Origin: the human T2T-CHM13v2.0 reference genome, Homo sapiens
NCBI RefSeq assembly: GCF_009914755.1
Contig: NC_060930.1
DNA length: 64,000 bases
Reading direction: 5' to 3' (one strand)
Positions 1 to 64,000 of this stretch are shown here, piece by piece. The notes under the pieces were generated by a model, which was not told the origin of the DNA, did not search any database, and worked only from the letters and a program-made list of their open reading frames with translations. The translations under genes were made by a program, and so were the position numbers. Positions within the stretch are counted from its first letter, which is position 1, and each line of letters starts with the position of its first letter.

Positions 1-340
1 TCAAGTGATCCGCCTGCCTCAGCCTCCCAAAGTTCTGGGATTACAGGCATGAACCACCACAACCAGTTGAGACTCTGACTTTACAAAAAAATTTAAAAAT
101 TAGCCAAGTGTGGTGGTGCATGCCTGCAGTCCCAGCTACCTGGGAGGCTGAGCCAGGAGGATCACTTGAGTCCAGAAAGTCAAGGCTGCAGTGAGCCGTA
201 TCGCACCACTGCACTCCAGCCTGGACAACAGAGTGAGACCCCATCTCCAAAAATAATAATAATAAAGCCATTATTTTCCATTAACAAAGAACCTAGTCTG
301 AAGGTAGAGGAAACTAAACAGTAACAGATCTTAGTTTCTT

Positions 341-485
341 TTTTTTTTTTTTAGGGTACATGTGCAGAATGTGCAGGCTTATTACATAGGTATACATGTG
401 CCATGTTGGTTTGCTGCACCCCTCAACTCGTGATTTACATTAGGTATTTCTCCTAATGCTATCCCTCCCCCAGCCCCCGACCCAC
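341..485 (-). mobile_element. 5'-truncated L1PA 3' end
   Basis: polyT then gggtacatgtgcagaatgtgcagg...tttctcctaatgctatccctcccc. TSD tcttagtttctt (329-340) / tcttagtctctt (486-497). Confidence 0.88.
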
Positions 486-638
486 TCTTAGTCTCTTCTT
501 AAAAAAAAAAAAAAAAAAGAAAAAAGAGGAAGGAGGAAAGAAGGGGGGATTAATACTTTCATGAGTTCTTCAGTGATAACTCAAGTAATCCTATGGAATT
601 GAAATGAACCCTCATGAGTCACTGTCACAGATCTTTAC

Positions 639-58904
<58,266 letters not shown>

Positions 58905-58908
58905 CTGA

Positions 58909-59560
<652 letters not shown>

Positions 59561-60099
59561 AAAATATTTATGTAAATAATATTCATTTGCACTGCTGTAG
59601 AAAAGCAGAGACGAGTCCTGGGTTGGAACTAAAATGTCCAATTTCCAGACTTCATAAGTGAGATTCTATTATAAAATATCGTGGAAATTTTTTGCAATGG
59701 AGGATCAGAGTTAATTTAATATAAAGGCTGTTACAAATAAGTTTCAGTACACTGGAGTTTGAGGTACAGGGACTAATACCTGGATTCCATTTAAAAGCTA
59801 CACGACTTATCTGAAAAATAATCTATGTGCTGGGGTTTCAACAATCTCCAGGGAATTCAAAACCCCAAAATTCCCCCAGCTCCTTTAACTCTTGAAGAAA
59901 AAAATGAATTCTGCAGTTAGTAGACAAAACTTCCAACTCTTCAGGAAAGGACAGAGGTAAAAAATTAATTCCTGGGAGTGAATGAGGATATCCCTATCAA
60001 GCTGATCAAGGCATCAGCCTCTAATAAATAAACAAAAAACAGATCCAAAGTAGACAGCAACACTTTGATACGGAAGATGAAATAAAATACAAAATTCTA

Positions 60100-60383
60100 G
60101 GCCGGGCGCAGTGGCTCACGCCTGTAATCCCAGCACTTTGGGAGGCCGAGGCGGGCGGATCACGAGGTCAGGAGATCGAGACCATCCTGGCTTGTAACAT
60201 GGTGAAACCCTGTCTCTACTAAAAATACAAAAAAAATTAGCTGGGCGAGGTGGCAGGCGCCTGTAGTCCCAGCTACTCGGGAGGCTGAGGCAGTAGAATG
60301 GTGTGAACCCCGGGAGGCGGAGCCTGTAGTGAGCCGAGATCGTGCCACTGCACTCTAGCCTGGGCGACAGCGAGACTCCGTCT

Positions 60384-60414
<31 letters not shown>
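60100..60414 (+). mobile_element. Young AluY (AluYe-like)
   Basis: gggcgaggtgg, gaaccccggg, ggagcctg and gggcgacagcgagact variants. Pure A30 tail. TSD aaaattcta(g). Confidence 0.85.
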
Positions 60415-60416
<2 letters not shown>

Positions 60417-61476
60417 CTAGTGCCCGGGTTCAGAATGCAGGTAAGCATACAAAGGAAAACTGAAAACTGTATAAAAGGCATTATATTGCTAGTGTGTATA
60501 CAGGTCTGCACAACCGTTTCTGCCCAGCAATGTAACATCAGGTTTAAAATGGGGACATGCCCTTTGACCTTGCAAGTCCCATGCTATCAGTTTATCCTAA
60601 GAAGTTTCACCCCAGGCCAGGTGTGGTGGCTCATGCTTGTAATCCCACCACTTTGGAAGGCCGAAGCAGACAGATCCCTTAAGCCGACGAGTTCAAGACC
60701 AGCCTGGACAACATGGTGAAACCCCATCGCTACAAAAAATAGAAAAATTAGCCAGGCTTGGTGGCATGCGCCTGTAGTCTCAGCTCCTCAGGTGGCTGAA
60801 GTGGGAGGATAGCTTCAGCCTGGGAGGTCGAGGTTGCAGTGAGCTGAGATCATGCCACTGCACTCCAGCCTGAGTGACAAACAGTTAAAGCCCTGTCTCC
60901 CCCCACAACAAAAAAAGGATGAGGAGGAGGCTCACCCTAGTCACCTATATAAGTGTACCTTGAACACAGCATAAATGTCATACGCAAAATTTAACGAGTT
61001 TTGCCAAAATTATCACCCAGAAAGTCACCTTACACCTGAGCTCTTACAAAGTCTTCCAATTACAGAGCATTCTCTCATGAAAACATTTGATTCTGATCAA
61101 AGCACTGATTAGGGAAAAATGTTACCTTGAAACAATTTCTATCAGTCTTAGTTCTGTCCTTTATAGGAGGTTAACTGAAGGATTCCATAAAAATGGAGGC
61201 AAAGAAATTTAACAGATTTGGTCATGATACATAGGAGCAAAATCTCACATTTTCAACTGCTGCATGTCCGCATAAACAAGCCCTCTAAAGATACCTTTTT
61301 TTTTTCTTTTGAGACAAGGTCTTGGTCTGTCGCCCAGACTGAAGTACAGTGGTAAAATCACAGCTCACTGCAGGCGCACCCTCCCAAGCTCAAGCAATCC
61401 TCCCAACTGAGTCCCCTAAGTAGCTAGGATTACAGGTGTGTGCCACCACGCCCAGCTGATTATTTTATTTTTGTAG

Positions 61477-61692
<216 letters not shown>

Positions 61693-61755
61693 TGATCACT
61701 TGAGGCCAGGAGTTCGAGACCAACCTGGGCAATGTGGTAAGATGCCATCTCTTCA

Positions 61756-62123
<368 letters not shown>

Positions 62124-62749
62124 TTAATTAGCTGGTGACGGTGTGCATCTACAGTCCCAGCTACTCTGGAGAGTGAGGAGAGGATCACCTCACAGCCTAG
62201 GAGTTCGAGGCTGCACTAAGCCATGATCGTGCCCACTGCACTCCAGCCTGGGTAACAGAATGAGACTCTCTTAAAAATAAAATACATAAAATATAAATTT
62301 CATTCCCCAATAATCTTAAATATAAAAATATAACTCATTTTTATACATTGACCTGGTATCCTGTGATCTTATGAAATTCTTTATTTTGAAGATTTCTTAA
62401 GACTTTTTACATACAAAATTCTGTCTTAAGCAAACATTGTTTTGTTTTTTATTTTATTTTTTTGGAGACAGGGTTTCCCTCTGTCACCCAGGCTGGAGTT
62501 CTTTGATATCAGCTCACTGCAGCCTCGACTTCCCAGACTCAAGGGATCCTCCTGCCTCATCCTGCCAAGTAGCTGGGACTACAGGCACACACTACCATGC
62601 CTGGCTAATTTCTGTATTTTTACTACAGTCAGGGTTTCAGCACATTGCCCAGGCTGGTCTCGAACTCCTGGGCTCAAGAGATCCACCTACCTAAGCCCCC
62701 AAAGTGCTGGGATTACAGGCATGCGCCACCACGCAAGGGGGTTTATGGT

Positions 62750-63990
62750 TTTTCTCAGCATTTTGAAAGATGTTTCATTGTGTTGTTTCTGTTAAGAAGT
62801 CAGCAGTCATTTTTATCTTTGCTCCTCTACAAGTAAAGTGTCTTTTTTTCTGGCAATTTTTAAGATGTTATTTATTACTTGTTTCTAGCAACTTGATCAT
62901 GATGTGGCTTGGTGTGGTTTTGTGTTTATCAGATTTAAGATTATGAGTTTTTGGGATCTGTGAATTATTTTTCACCAACTTTAGAAATTTTGAGATTATC
63001 TTTTTATATTTCTACTGTTTCTCTTCTCTCCCTCCTCCTGTAATTCCAATTACACATACAGTAGACTAGTTGATAATGCCTCACAGATCACTGAAGCATT
63101 TTTATTCTGGCTTTTTCCCACCCTGTCTGTTTAAGCCTAGATAATTTCTATTGCCGTATCTTGTAATTCAATGTTCGTTTCTTGTGAACTGTCTAATCTT
63201 CGATGAGGCCTATCCAGTAAAATATTCATTGCTAAGATGGTATTTTTTGGTTTCACTTGTTTTTTTTCATAGCTTAAATTTCTCTCATTATGTTTATGTT
63301 TCCGAAACTTCAAGTCCCTGCACATATAATTACTATTTTTTTATGTTTTTGAGAGTGACAGGATCTCACTTTGTTGCCCAGGCTCAGACTGATCACAAAC
63401 TCCTGGCCTCAAGTGGTTCCTCTTGGCCCAGCCTATAATCACTTTTTTCTTTTTTTTTTTCCCGAACATTCATATCATTATATAATCACTTTTTAAAGTC
63501 CTTGTTTATTAATTTAAATATCTTTATTATTTTGGGGTCTGTTGCAGTGACTGACTTTTCTCCTGGCAATGAGCCACCATTTTCCTTTTCCTATATCTAG
63601 TACTTTTTTAATCGGATGCTGAACGTTGTAGATGTGTCTAGATTTTGCTCTCTTCCTTTGTTCTAGCAGGCAGTTAATCAGCTTGTAGGTCAGCTTGATC
63701 CTTTCAAGACTTGTTTTTAAGTTTTGTTAGTATTGGTCTAGAAAGGCCTTTGAGGGCTGATTTAGCCCTAGAGTGTGGCCCTTCTGGGTTCCACACTAAT
63801 TATGCCAGTATTCAACTTGGTCTTTCCACTCCAACTAGTAGGAGTTGAACATCTCCTACACAGAAAAACTCCAGTAGTTATTCTTTGCATAGCTCACGAA
63901 ATTTCCCTAAGAAAACACAGCTTTACATTCAGCCAGTACTCACCAGACCCCATATCCCTAGAGCTGTTCCCTCCATTCCAACACCCTTCC
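62750..63990 (-). mobile_element. Old L1M 5'/ORF1-region remnant
   Basis: T-rich strand with gtttctgttaagaagtcagc..., ccaattacacata, cacagatcactgaag. Antisense ORF 63137-63325 resembles the L1 ORF1 coiled coil. Confidence 0.6.
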
Positions 63991-64000
63991 CAGCATATTC

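Noticed and set aside
556-625. Imperfect hairpin and AP-1-like TGAGTCA beside the exon 29 donor (also an RFX-like ccttagcaac at ~2482)
   Set aside because: Short motifs expected by chance, with no supporting context.

Overview
Human/primate genomic DNA covering most of the 5' part of MDN1 (midasin/Rea1, the hexa-AAA+ ATPase of 60S ribosome biogenesis) on the minus strand. I resolved 28 consecutive coding exons by hand (58904 down to 639, 4076 nt). They splice in one open frame with GT-AG at all 27 complete introns and encode the N-terminal domain, AAA1-AAA3 and the start of AAA4. Numbering them exons 2-29 assumes a single upstream coding exon, recalled rather than seen. The promoter, first exon and 3' part of the gene lie outside the window. 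The introns are very Alu-rich (about 80 Alu pieces, mostly antisense to MDN1). They also hold a DNAJC19 processed pseudogene, solo LTRs (MER11, LTR8-type, THE1, MLT1, MER21), L1/L2/MIR remnants and Tigger-derived MITEs. Most non-MDN1 ORFs in the track are Alu artefacts. I found no evidence for a wholly new biological system. The best unexplained leads are: (1) a 44-bp orphan poly(A)-tailed retro-insertion with a 21-bp target-site duplication in intron 4, which creates an in-frame alternative acceptor; (2) a DNA-transposon end occupying the exon 3 branch-point zone; (3) a candidate in-frame 81-nt cassette exon in intron 10; (4) a speculative C/D-box-like element in intron 7; (5) inverted Alu pairs bracketing specific exons. 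Repeat subfamily names come from remembered consensus sequences and need RepeatMasker/Dfam confirmation.
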